A stretch of DNA of 63,629 nucleotides, the filler included, from Chiloscyllium plagiosum (Eukaryota), in assembly GCF_004010195.1 (NCBI RefSeq). It is 4 parts of one record of this genome, joined end to end, with 100 filler letters (N's around TTAATTAATTAA, not from the genome) between each part and the next. Parts side by side here need not be neighbours in the genome. Positions count along the whole stretch, not along the records: positions 1 to 25,453 come from NC_057715.1; 3 more parts are not named here. One strand, given 5' to 3'. A program made the position numbers and the translations under genes. The notes beneath the pieces were generated by a model. It did no database searches. It had not been told where the DNA came from and worked only from the letters and a program-made list of their open reading frames with translations. This document shows, piece after piece, positions 1 through 12,436 of the stretch; position 1 is the stretch's first letter; every line of letters begins with the position of its first letter.

Positions 1-909
1 ACACCTTGCAGATGACAGACGTGAGACTTACTGGTCTGTAATTGCCGGGGATTTCCCTATTTCCTTTCTTGAAGAGAGGAATTACATTTGCCTCTCTCCA
101 GTACTCAGGTAGGACTCCAGTGGAGAGCAAGGATGCAAAGATCTTCGCAAGTGGCAAAGCAATTGCATTTCTCGTTTCCCAAAGCAGCCGAGGACAAATC
201 TGGTCTGGGCCTGGTGACTTGTCAATCTTAATGTTTGACAAAATTTTCAGCACATCAGCTTTCTCTATTTCTATCCATTCCAGCATGCACACCTGCTCTT
301 CAAAGGTTTCATTCACTACAAAGTTTGTTTCTTTTGTAAAGACAGAAGCAAAAAACTCATTTAGAGCTTCCCCTACCTCCTCAGACTCCACACACAAATT
401 CCCTATGCTATCCCTGATCGGCCCTACTCTTTCTTTGACCATTCTCTTATTCCTCACATAAGTGTAAAATGCCTTTGTGTTCTCCCTAATCCGTTCTGCC
501 AAGCCTTTCTCGTGCCCCCTCCTGGCTCTCCTCAGACCATTTTTGAGCTCCTTCCTCGTCTGCTTGTAATCCTCTAGAGCTGAGCTTGACCCTAACTTCC
601 TCCACCTTATGTAAGCTACCTTTTTCCTTTTGACGAGAAGCTCCACCGCTCTCATCATCCAAGGTTCCTTTATCTTACCACTTCTTGCCTGACTCAGAGG
701 GACATATTTATTCATCACTTGCAACAACTGTTCCTTAAACAGTCTCCACATGTCTATAGTACCTTTACCATGGAACAATTGCTCCCAATCCATGCTTCCT
801 AACTCATGTCTAATTGCATCATAGTTTCCTCTTCCCCAATTAAATATCCTCCCATTTTGCCTAATTCTTTCCTTCTCCATAGCTATGTAGAATGTGAGGC
901 AGTTGTGGT
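1..909 (-). mobile_element. CR1 LINE ORF2 fragment (end of APE endonuclease into linker/RT start), 3' part of a 5'-inverted element
   Basis: Minus strand from ~909 reads HNCLTFYIAMEKERIRQNGRIFNWGRGNYDAIRHELGSMDW..., homologous to the + strand CR1 ORF2 at ~44380-45230. The + ORF 42..461 is its antisense shadow. Confidence 0.9.
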
Positions 910-2340
910 TGGGTATGGATGCTAGGGCAGTTGCTTGCTCCTCCTGCAGAATGTGGCAGGTGGGAGACATGGCACATATCTCTGCTGGCTACATCTGCGG
1001 GAAGTGCACCCAACTCCAGCTCCTTGAAAACCGTGTTAGGGAATTAGAGCTGGAGTTGGATGAACTACGATCATTCGGGAGGCTGAGGGGGTAATTGAGA
1101 GGAGTTACCGGGAGTTGGTCACACCTAAGGCTCAGGACAAGGATAGATGGGTTACAGTTAGGGGGAGGAAAGGGGACAGACAGACAGTGCAGAGATCCCC
1201 TGTGGACATGCCCCTCAGCAATAAGTATACCATTTTGGATACTGCTGGGGGGGATGACCTTCCAGAGGAAAGCCATAGCAGTCAGTTCTCTGGCACTGAG
1301 CCNNNNNNNNNNNNNNNNNNNNNNNNNNNNNNNNNNNNNNNNNNNNNNNNNNNNNNNNNNNNNNNNNNNNNNNNNNNNNNNNNNNNNNNNNNNNNNNNNN
1401 NNNNNNNNNNNNNNNNNNNNNNNNNNNNNNNNNNCTGGTGTAGGAGGGAGGGCTTCAGATATGTAGATAATTGGGATGCCTTCTGGGGAAGGTGGGACCT
1501 GTACAAGAAGGACGGGCTGCATCTGAACTGGAAGGGGACCAATGTCCTGGGTGGAAGATTTGCTCGAGTAGTTCGAGAGGGTTTAAACTCGTATGGCAGG
1601 GGGGTGGGAACCTGAGCTGTATACCAGAGGTGAAAGTTGATGCAGATGAGGCAATAGCAAGAGGTAGACCAGCTAGTGGGAAGGAACCAAAGGATCAGTT
1701 AAAGTCTGTTTGCTTTAACTCAAGGAGTATCAGGAATAAAAGTGATGAACTTAGAGTATGGATCAATACCTCGTGCTATGATGTTGTGGCCATAACAGTG
1801 ACATGGGTTTCTCAGGGGCAGGAATGGTTGCTGGATGTTCCAGGGTTTAGAGCATTTAAAAAGAATAGGGAGAGGGGAAAAAGAGGAGGGGGTGTAGAGC
1901 AACTAATCAAAGAGGGTATCACAGCTATAGAACCTTCCATTGTCGAGGAAGATCTGCCTACCAAGTCAGTATGGGTGGAAATTAGGAACAGCAAGGGAGC
2001 AGCCACTGCCTAAGGGGTTTACTATAGGCCCCCCAATAGCAGCAGGGAGATGGAAGAAAGCATAGGTCGGCAGATTTTGGAAAAGTGTGGACGGAGTAGG
2101 GTTGTTGTAATGGGTGACTTTAACTTTTCCAATATTGATTGGAACCTCCTTCGAGCAGAAGTGTTACAGTTAGGGGGAGGAAAGGGGAGCTGTTTTGTAA
2201 GGTGTGTTCAGGAGGGTTTCCTAATTCAGTACGTTGATAGGCCGACGAGGGGAGAGGCCATTCTAGACTTAGTGCTCGGAAACGAGCTGGGGCAGGTATC
2301 AGATATTGTGGTGGGAGAGCATTTTGGTGATAGTGACCAC
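910..2340 (+). mobile_element. CR1 LINE 5' portion: ORF1 (zinc finger/leucine zipper + SGNH esterase) and ORF2 APE endonuclease, degenerate
   Basis: ATG at 915 MDARAVACSSCRMW..ICGKCTQLQLLENRVRELELELDEL; esterase WCRREGFRYVDNWDAFWGRWDLYKKDGLHLN; endonuclease motifs CFNSRSI, YDVVAITVTW, VVMGDFN, LDLVL, GEHFGDSDH. Contains an N gap. Confidence 0.92.
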
Positions 2341-2814
2341 AGGAACGGGAGTGTTTGATTTGAATAGTTTTGATGCAGCTAAAAGGGAATCAAGACAAGA
2401 ATTTGATGGAGTGGAAATACTGGGTTACAATTATAGATTTCGATGAGAAAAGACAGATGGAGGCTCATCTGTTGAATAAATATTGGCATTGATGGCTATA
2501 AACATCTAAATATATGAACAAGGAATAAGAGTAGCCCACTTGGCCTGCTCTGCCATTCAATAGGATCGTGGCTGATCTGATTTTACCTGAAATGTAGATT
2601 CCTGCATGTCTCCGATAATATCTCATCCTCTGCCTTAAAATATATTTAAAGATTCTGGATCCACTGTCATTTAGGGAAGAGATTTGCAAAGATTCACAAA
2701 CCCTCTGAGAGAAAATAAAATGTTTCCACATCTCTGTTGTAAATGTTCTGCCCCATTCTTTCAAGAAAAAATGACCCTCAGTTCTACGTTCTCCCAAAGG
2801 AGGAATTATCCTTT

Positions 2815-2918
2815 CAGGATTGTGTCCCCTCAGGATTGTGTCCCCTCAGGATTGTATCCCCTCAGGATTGTGTCCCCTCAGGATTGTATCCCCTCAGGAT
2901 TGTGTCCCCTCAGGATTG
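2815..2918. repeat. 16-bp minisatellite (CAGGATTGTGTCCCCT) x ~6.5
   Basis: Directly visible tandem copies with a TGTGT/TGTAT variant. Confidence 0.95.
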
Positions 2919-3495
2919 GGCCTGTTGAGTGACATACATCCTACGTAATCCTATACAATGCTGATACAATTTAAACGGGGAAGTCTGAAGGACCAACAAG
3001 AATCATTGTCCATTATTTTACTTGCTTTAGTTCCTAACATATATTTTGAATATTTATTCTTATCAAAGTGCCTTCTTTGTTCTTAACTGGAATTTCAGGT
3101 AAATGGAAAATTTCACTACGAAAGTAAAACTTATTTTTGCAGCATATTGGTTAGACCAATTTTTTTTTTTATTCTGCTCTCACTTCTGGTTTCAGGAGAG
3201 TCTTTTGAGTTGGTTAATTAATTTAATTCAGAAATCTCTCACCACATACTTTCAGTTGTTATGGACGTGAGACAAAGAGACAAAAATTTTTTTAAAATGC
3301 TTTACTTGATATATTTCGTGCCTTTTGACTTGAAGTTCCAGTGTCATGTGTTAAGAAACATTGTGATATCAAAAAGTGATTTGTATGGACAAAATCCAGT
3401 TACTGCTTTGTAATGTACACTTCCAATGCATTGTTAATTTGAATTACTGCATGCATTTACAATTCAGAACTTAAGACACCCATCTTCAAAGCAAT

Positions 3496-3623
3496 TTCTG
3501 ATGAAGGGCGTATGCCCAAAACGTTGACTATCCTACCTCTTGGGTGCTGCCTGATCTGCTGTGCTTATCCAGCACTATACTTTTCAACACTGACTGTCCA
3601 GCATCTGCAGTCCTCACTTTCTC
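3496..3623 (+). mobile_element. Penelope-terminus micro-insertion with degenerate hammerhead (family A)
   Basis: CTGATGA-A-GGGC-GTAT-GCCC-AAAACGTT (GAAA mutated) followed by the gctgcctga.ctgctgtgct..tccagca..gcatctgcagtcctcacttt terminus. Flanked by CTTCAAA(G/A)CAAT at 3484-3495 and 3624-3635 (TSD). Confidence 0.8.
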
Positions 3624-5067
3624 CTTCAAAACAATCTCAGGCTAGCTAGATGTCCACATTTAAGCAGTGTCCAATCCATATAATAAGTGGACAAGCAGTT
3701 TTGCATTTTATTTTTACATCATTTTATGAAAATATGTCATTAGAGAAATGAAATATTCATCACTTCAATACTGACCAGATAGTTTTATATCGTAATTTGC
3801 CAGCTAGAAATTTGTGATACCAATATTATTCTTTACATGAATCTCTTAAATTAAATCATCACGTTTATATGGTACTCATATTAAAAAAAAGTTGTTGTTA
3901 CTTAGTTTTCAGTGCAAACAGCATGTCAATAATTTCCATTTGAAACTTTGACTTTTGACATGAGCCTTGTTCGAGTAAAATGAGTCAGTTGTACCATGTC
4001 AAGCATAGCTAGAACTCATAGAACAAGGTACCTGCAGGCTGTACTGTGATACTAAGATGGATGAGATCATATTCCTTAGTCTCTGGCGTGTTTAGATCTT
4101 CTCTGTTTCTGTCAGCCATTGACAGTACAGTCAGCAGATGAGTGATGTCAATCAATGAGGTAAGTTTGGAATCATTCATTATTCATGCAGTTTGCAAAAA
4201 AAAAACCTGCAATACAGGTGCTATTGATCCCAAAAGCAAGAAGCAGTGAGCTATGTATTTTGATAAATGTTCCCATTACTGATAATTTCAGGCCAGTGAA
4301 CATTTCCCCAATGTTGTAAATTATACATGGCATGCACGTCTGTAATTTTAATGTTTGGTGATAAAGGGAGGCCTACATTTTTGCATTGCCCTTGTCACAT
4401 TTCTCATAAACATCATGCAACCATTGTTCAATAATCAAACATGGTTGCTATTTTGCAAAACAATACAGATTACTTCAGGTTCCTCTCCAAGCCACACATC
4501 TTCTTGGTTTGGGAATATATATCCATTCCATCCATTTTGCTCAATTAAACTCATGCAGCATGGTTCCCAATAGCACTCTGAGCATATCTACACCAGATGG
4601 ATTGCGACAGTTCAAGAAGACTGCTCACCACTAATGTACAGAAAGCACTAGCTTTTCTGTTCAAGGAGTCCAACAAATATCATAACATATAAAACAAGTG
4701 AAGAACAAACAACCTCCTTTCTCGCTCTCATTTTTTTTCTTGGTCTACCTAAAACTGAATAGTTGAATACAGAACCCATTGCAGCTGCTAACTCTGCCTC
4801 TGGTTTCAAAATGTTCACTCAGAAAGGGAAATTTCAAGAAGTAACAGATCCCAATAATCATCGAGACTAACTGTACCTTCACATTTATATGTAACTTCCA
4901 TCTTTACCTTTGGACATGTATTTGTAGCTAAGAACCTTACCATTTTTACTTAAATAACTACACAAATAGTTTTGCAATTAACTTAACCTTTACTCTATGA
5001 CTCTATGACCTTGATCAAGCTTTGTGGCTACTTAAAGTTGCAGCTCTCAAATATTAAAAGGGGTCAA

Positions 5068-5281
5068 CAGGTAGTTCTTCTGTAATGTGTTGGTTGCGTA
5101 GTTGTGCAACCCTGCATTATAGAAAGATCGCACTTTAGAAACAGTGCTTAAAGTGGTCCCAATATGATCATGTTATAGCCAACATGTTTTAAAAGTCTGT
5201 GCTTTAGAAAGTGTCCCCAGTTCGACTATCGTATCACAGTGAATTCCCATGAACAAAACATGTGTTTTGCAAAATGACATG
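5068..5281. mobile_element. Possible decayed Tc1/mariner (Tigger/pogo-like) MITE
   Basis: Begins CAGGTAGTTCTTCTGTAATG and ends ...GCAAAATGACATG-TA; weak imperfect terminal inverted repeats. Confidence 0.3.
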
Positions 5282-5315
5282 TATATGAGAATTGTACCAC
5301 AGAACACTCTGAGGG

Positions 5316-5487
5316 CACACACCAGGTTATAGTCCAACAGGTTTATTTGGAAGCGCTAGCTTCTGGGGCATTGCTCCTTCATCAGGTGATACTCCACAAC
5401 CACCTGATGAAGGGAGCAGTGCTCTGAAAGCTAGTGCTTCCAAATAACCCTTTTGGACTATAACCTGGTGTTGTGTGATCTTAAACT
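5316..5487. mobile_element. Palindromic Penelope-terminus element (family B) with hammerhead motifs in both arms
   Basis: caccaggttatagtccaacaggtttatttggaagc...ttcatcaggtg is inverted to cacctgatgaagggagcagtgctctgaaagctagtgcttccaaataa...ggactataacctggtg. Confidence 0.85.
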
Positions 5488-5749
5488 ATCTAAATGTCAG
5501 CTTACATTGCATGCTCAAGGCTTTTGACTAGGAATTGTTTCCAACGGAAGAGTACAAACACTAAACAAATCGTAACACCCACGTTGTTACTGGACAATTC
5601 TAACATCATTGTTTAATTTACCTACAAATACAGTAAAAGGTGGTTCCAAGGCAACAGCTCAACTGTCTGATTGTTAACAGCAATTGTATTAACCCTGCCC
5701 CTTCAAATTAATTTGACTGTTAATAAAATGTTGGACAAATTTACTTGTT

Positions 5750-6290
5750 AACAGGTTTGGAGGCACTTTGAATTTATGTGTGGGATGTGGGCATTGTTGG
5801 TAAGGACAACATTTATTGCCATCTGTAATTGTCCTTAGGAGGGAGTTGGTTATGTGCCATCTTCTTGAAGTGCTGCGGTCACTCTGGAGGAATATATGCC
5901 CACAGAGGGACCAGGATTTTGACCCAGCAGCGATGAAGTAGCAGTGAAATCTTGTCAGATGATGTAAATTGGAAGGAAACTTGCAGTCTGTGATGTTCCT
6001 CAAGTGCCTGCTGTACTTGGGCCTTCTCGGTAGAATAGCATGGATTTGAAAGGTGCTGTTATAGGAAATTGGTGGGTTGCTGCAGAGCAGCTTGTAGATG
6101 GTACATACCGAGGCCACTGTGTGTCACAGCTCAACGGAGTAAATGTTTAAGGTGGTTGGTACACTATCGATCAAGCAGCCTGTTTGTTCTTGGGTTTCTT
6201 GAGTGTTGCTAAGGTTGCATTTGCTGAGGCAAATTGTTCAAACATGCTGCTTACTTATGTCTTGTCAGTGGTGGAGAAGCTTTGAGAACA
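5750..6290 (-). mobile_element. 3' end of the second CR1-group LINE family (same family as 29170-31030)
   Basis: Reverse complement matches the 30550-31030 region, including the tail ggcaataaatg..atgcccacatcccac. Confidence 0.7.
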
Positions 6291-6816
6291 CTTCACTTTA
6301 TTCTTTTATTTTCTGTTGAGTTTCCTTTTTAATTTAGAAGTAGGCAGAATCAATTAACAACACTTCAGATAGCATATGTAACACTTTGACTCTGAAAATG
6401 CAAACTTAAACAAGCCTGACAAACTTAAAGTAGTCTAATGGAGTGTACTTTGAAATATTCATAACTTGACGAGTAAGGGACAAGATTAATTCAGTACTGG
6501 CCCTTAACACCAATGAATTCTTGATGACTGGAATGAAAATATTTTTATAAATCACACAGGACCTGTCTTTGATTTCCACTTGACAGCTGAAGTCTGGTGG
6601 AGAGAATATTAAGAAAAATTAAATAGAAACCTATTCTACATGGAGATTATATTTTGCTACTTCTTTCAAATCCCTGCTGTCACCAGTGCTTTATTTAATT
6701 AATCAGTTTGCTAGCCTATCAGGCTAAAACATGAACTGGCATTAATTAGCAGCATCTAGGGGTTTATCCCGCTAGTTGACAACCAGAAACTTGAAATAAA
6801 CCAGACATTATATTGT

Positions 6817-7165
6817 GGGTGGCACGGTGGCTCAGTAGTTAGCACTGCTGCCTCACAGTTCCAGGGACTCTGTTTGATTCCTGCCTCAGGTGACTGTGTG
6901 GAGTTTGCATATTCTCCCTGTGTGTGTGCGTGTGTGGGGGGGGGGGTTCCTTTAGGTACTCTGTTTTCCTCCCACAGTCCAAAGATATGCAGGTTAGGTG
7001 AATTGGCCAAGCTAAATTGTGCATTATATTCAGAGATGTGTAAGTTAGGTGCATGAGTTAGGATAAATGTAGTGTTATAGGGTAAGGGAATGGATCTGAG
7101 TGGGTAACTCTTTGGAGGCTCGGTGTGGACTTGTTGGGCTGAAAGGCCTATAGGGATCCTATGAT
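6817..7165 (+). mobile_element. HE1/V-SINE-like tRNA-derived SINE
   Basis: A-box tggctcagtag(tt), central tgtgtggagtttgca..ctcccacagtccaaagat..gcaggttaggtgaattggcca domain, CR1-like tail gatcctatga. Confidence 0.9.
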
Positions 7166-10100
7166 TTACTGTAGATGTCCAATGTCCCATCTAATGCTGT
7201 ATTGAAGGAATGCTGTAATCGACTCAACTGAATCAGGAGCAAGGCTGCTCTGACATGTAAATCATAAATATGTAAATTACAAAGAAACAGCCAATCCATG
7301 CAATCGAACTGAACCTTGAGGAAGCTAACAAGGACCCTCAAAACAAATACTAAAGGTTGCTTGAAAACAACCACAACACTATGTCATGTCCAAACATCAT
7401 GTAGTGAAATCTCAAAGAAAAGGCATTGTCTTCTATATTTATTCATACCTAAATCCTTCAAAATTGGACAAATGGAATAGCCAAGCCTGATTGTATGAAA
7501 ATATTCCCAGAAGCTTCTGAACACTGAGCGTTGTATAGATGTTCCAGCTAAAGCTGACACACAGTTGTGCTCGCTGCTTTCAACTAGCTCATGTCAAAGT
7601 GAAATATTATGACCTATTATTCTAAAATACACACAAATGCTATTAGTTACCTCGTCACCTCACAACAGAAACCCTGATGGGAAAGATGAAGCTACACTGT
7701 TAGTTTAACAACCTCCTAATCAGCCCGTAGCAATGGGCATTCAGCACCTCAAGGGCCCATCTTTGTCACTTGACTGAAATTTGAGTTTATTGATTAGCTA
7801 AATTCAGGTGTTCTTTGTTGTTTGCTTGGTCTCTAGAGGGACAGCAAGACTCCTGGCTGAGTTGGCCGCAAACCTTAGATTCTCCATCTCTGTCTCAAAG
7901 TTGCTGGTTGGAAAGAAATCAATACTTTGTTTGCAAATAAGAAAACCATGACCAACTGCGGAAGACATACTATCACCTTTCCCAGAACTTCTGTCGAGAA
8001 AAGTCATATAGATCTAGCTGGAATTCAAACAAAAAATCAAAAAGGTACTCTCTTAATTGCTGAATCCAAACCCTAAAAATAGACTGCACTTATGAAGGTT
8101 TAAGAGAAATGGTATGTGTGGAGGAGTTTTAAAGTTGTCTCCTTAATACCATCCAAATTCACACAGAGAGTTTCAAGAGTCAGAGATACAGTAATCATGG
8201 TTAATAGCTATAGTTTAACTCACAAACCTCTTAATCACAGTGATTTTGTGTCAGATAGTTCTTACCAGCAAGGGAGAGATTAAAACAAAGAGCACTGAGA
8301 GAAAGGAAATAGACCTGAAATGGAAGGAAAGCAGGGAAGATAGGGCAGGTCAATGCCCAGGTTTAAAAATAAGGTCCTGGAAAGCAAGTCAGCCAGACCA
8401 TGAACTGTTTGCTTGTACTGTGTCAAAGTCAATAAAGTGTGGAATTGGAAAAAGCACAGCAGGTCATGCAACATCACAGGAGCAGGAGAGTCAATGTTTC
8501 AGAGCGTGACTTTTCACCAATCTCCAAGTTGCAAAGTTTCAAGCCTAGCCACAATGCAGAGAACTGTTAGCATGCAAAATGATGCATTAAAGCAGAACTC
8601 CTGCCAACATGACAATGTCTTTGAGCATGAAAGTCATGAATCTGTTTTCAAATATGCACAAAGTCGTACCTCAAGAATTCATCATCAGTGAGAAAATGGT
8701 CCTAAGTAGTTCAGGGAATTAGAAAAATAAGACAGCTTCTCAGAGATCCTGGATACTTGCAGATTCCATAAGTAACAGTAACCAAGAGCAGAATTTACAT
8801 GAGTATGATGGCCAGTTGATAAAGTGGACAGAATGCAGGAGTATCTTTAGCGTGAGCTGATAATGAATTTTGGGTGAGATCCCAAGCTTGTTCATAGGTT
8901 GACCTATTGCTACAAATAGCTTAGCTGCTCAGAAGGTCATAACTCCAATGAACCCAGGAACACTCAAAATGGTGGGGGAAGTTTCAAAGGGCTTGTATTG
9001 TGAATTGGAACCTGCAAAGACTGAAGATGCCAAAGAAAAGCCCAAAAGAACTAAACTGGACCAGGTTAGAACTGGCTTGCAAAAAAAATGTCAGTTTAGA
9101 GCTCTTCAGTTTAAGATGGCTGAGAAAGGGAAGGCAAGAATGCTAAATTGGAAGCTTCGGATGTTGAAGAGAATAAACCCATTGTATGGTTAATAGAGTC
9201 CTCCCTCCCGAAGGTATATAGGGACTTCTGAATTTCCTAAACAAGCAATGGCTTATCTGGAAGAGACCTTCCTCAGTAGAACTAACTTCCCCAATAGAGT
9301 GCATGAGAAACTGACGAGAGACAAGGTGTCTCAGGATAGGGATTCAACCCAAAGTAACAGAAATACAAAAATCACTACCTCTGTGGTCAAACTGCTTATG
9401 ACCACCACAAGGGAATCTCAAGTGCAGTTGACCCAGAATCAGGCACAGGGCCCTTCAACAATTAAGCTAAATCATTGAAACAGTCCAAAATCATGAATTC
9501 AATTTTGACGGTTACTGAAAATAAGATAGAAGTGCAGGTACATTACCAATGCATTCCAGACCATTAACTTGGAAATACAAACCCCAAGTGGACCAAAACC
9601 TAACTTACTAGACTCATGGATTGCCAAGGAAGACATGAATTTCTTAAGAGTCCTGCAGGTTGCACAACAAATTAGCCAGATGATTTACATATCAGAAACA
9701 CTTCCAAATAAATTCCATTCTGGTGAAATGCAACCTTTCCCTGAAAGCCCATATGAACTCTAAACTTTCTCAAATGCCAACCACATTGAGAATCATATGA
9801 CAATTAAAGTTACCTTTCCCAAAATCCTGTGTCCCAAGGTTAGTAAGTATGCTCCTTGAAAACCTCACTTAGATGAAAAGAAAAGAGAACGTAACAGGGA
9901 AACAACAGCAATGTCAGATAGCGAGACTGCTTGGGTCTGGTGTTGTGGCCTCCATTGCGAAAGGATATCTTTCCTTTGTATCACTCCCCCATCAGGACCT
10001 TCAGGCACTATTTTACCCTTCTCCAGCATCTTCAGAATGACTGTCTGTCTCCAAGCTGGGCAGCATACAGAATGTCAGTGCTCATCTGGGTGTACAACAG

Positions 10101-11589
10101 GCTTTTATGTATGACACATCGCAGTGGAACTCCATGCTGATGGACAGACAGGGGAAGAGAGTAATTTAAAATAAAATTGCTTTGCTGTAACTCATGTTTA
10201 TGAATACTTGACCCAAGAATTACATGGAACTTATTTCTTTAATTGTCGAATTTTAGCAAAATAAATGTGCTTTATTCTATTTGTAGTAGATAAAGAAACT
10301 GTTATTTGAAAACAATCAGAATGTATTTATCTCAAGGTAAACGTAAGAGTCTCAGCTAAAACACTGAGTTAAAGTTTGAGGTTGTTACTTTCAGGAATTT
10401 TGATGTGCTACTGGGGTTCAATGACTCTCATGCTGACTTCTACTGAAAGTTCTTCCATCAAGCAACATTTTCCTGTTGATCAACACTTTACACCAACAGC
10501 AGCTGGAAAAAAAACTGTGCCCCTAGATTCATTGAATGCACTTTCTGTTGGGTAATTGCCTTAAGTCTTTTAATATCTCAACAAGGAAGCTGAGCTGAGT
10601 GCAGCTCCTGAAACAACAATGCTTCTTGCAGTGTAAATGATCTGTGCTTGTCCCTGATGATATAAAGGAACAGACAAGAATACAAAAACTTGAAAGTGCT
10701 CTAGCAGGTTACTAGGGCTAGGGATTCACTGAACTGAATGTAAAATTAAAAAATGAGGCTAAATATTTTCAAACTTAATTCTCACTGGCAGAAATTATTG
10801 AAAACAGCTAATTAGTGCCAAACAGTGCAAAGCAATATAAAATTATGAGCTAAAATTTCTTCGATAAATATGATAAAAATATAAGAACTAAATGTTCAGC
10901 TAAAATAACTCAGTATGTGTTTCAAATTCTTTGTTTTTTTTAATTCAAGGGAAAGCCATGCATGTGACAGAAATCATGCAATGATGTATTTGACAAAGGG
11001 CACTTAGGTCAAGAGCTACAGCTGAGTCAGCTGTATATAGCAGAAGAGATTAACATATTAGCAAAACTCTTGGAACAATAGTTCTTTATTGTAATAAAAC
11101 TAACGTGGCCATGACAATAATGATGTACGAGTAAACTTGTCTCAGAAGTGAACAGTCAAACTAAAGTTCAATTCCTGCTGAACTTGGAGCCTTCCTCGCA
11201 CAGTGGGTGGGTTCAGGCAGATGTCTCCATTTTCTTTCATCCATAGCAAAGAAATCTTGACCCTGCCATTTTCATGATTATCTTATATATGGCTCTCGGT
11301 AGTTTTATAATAATGACAGTAAATTATCTCAAGCTAGTGCACTTACAAATGTCAATTTTGCAAACATTTCCTGAAGCCTTAGATTAGTCAACAATCTGAG
11401 ATTCCTTTGTCCCTGATCACTGTTTAAAGTGGGTATGATAAAATCGGATGTTTTATTTGTAAAAGAGAGCTATTCTAATTATTTGCATTGTATTTTCTAA
11501 CTTTACTAATGATTGCAACAAAATAGGAGTGATCAGATAGATACCTTTTTAGTCTTAAAGCATACTTCAATCAAATTACTGAAGGAGGA

Positions 11590-11900
11590 AGTATTAACCC
11601 AGTGATATTAATGTTACACTCTTAATCCAAAGATGCAAAGAATATTCAAGGGACCCAGGTTTGAATGCTGCTATGGCAGGTATGGAATTTTAATAAAAAT
11701 CTGGAATGAAGGGTGTAATGATGACCATGAAACCATTCCTGATTGTTACAAAATAAAATCTAGTTCACTAATATTGTTTAGCGAAGGAAATCTGTCATTT
11801 TTAAATGTAACTCCAGACCCAGTGCAATGTGGTTCACTCTTAATTGCCCTCTGGGAAATTAGAAATGGGCAATAAATGCTGGCCTAGTTAGTGAGTGAAA
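11590..11900 (+). mobile_element. Second tRNA-derived SINE family (tail shared with the 29170-31030 LINE)
   Basis: gacccaggtttgaat B-box region; ends gggcaataaatgctggcctag; homologous to 22465-22810. Confidence 0.7.
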
Positions 11901-12436
11901 ACATTTTACAAAAGGTGTGCAAGTCAGGGCTCAGGCAGACATGGTTGGGTCAGGGAGTTTTTGGAGGGTTGTTAGATTGACTTGGGGATTCAGGTCAGGT
12001 CAAGTCAGGTTGTGGGGTCTTAGGCCAGGACGGTATTGGCTTGGCGGAAGGCACTGTGCAGGGAATGTTGGGTTGGATTAGATCATGGGGTATGTTAAGG
12101 CAGTTTGGTATTGGGGGTTAGGTCAGGTCAAGTCATGGGGGATATTCAGTAGTTTTTGTGAGTGATGTGTCAAGGAATAAATTCAGAATGTCCAGTCAGG
12201 TCATGTCAAGGATTGTTGAGAGGAGCTGGAAAGTGAGTGGTGAGTGTGATGATCATTTCGAAGTTACCTTAAGGCAGGTTTTAATTCTTCTAACTTTACC
12301 TGGGTAACTACTCAGATCTATTAATCAGAATCTCCCAAAGTTCACAACTGTGGACTGTTCAAAAGGTTTCTGGGTTCAGGTAATTACTGATTGGAATTTT
12401 CACTTCCCGTGCAATACTTGGGTAGTTGGTTCTTTG

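Noticed and set aside
6817..6900. tRNA genes at SINE heads
   Set aside because: A/B boxes are present, but there is no complete cloverleaf and each runs into a SINE body.
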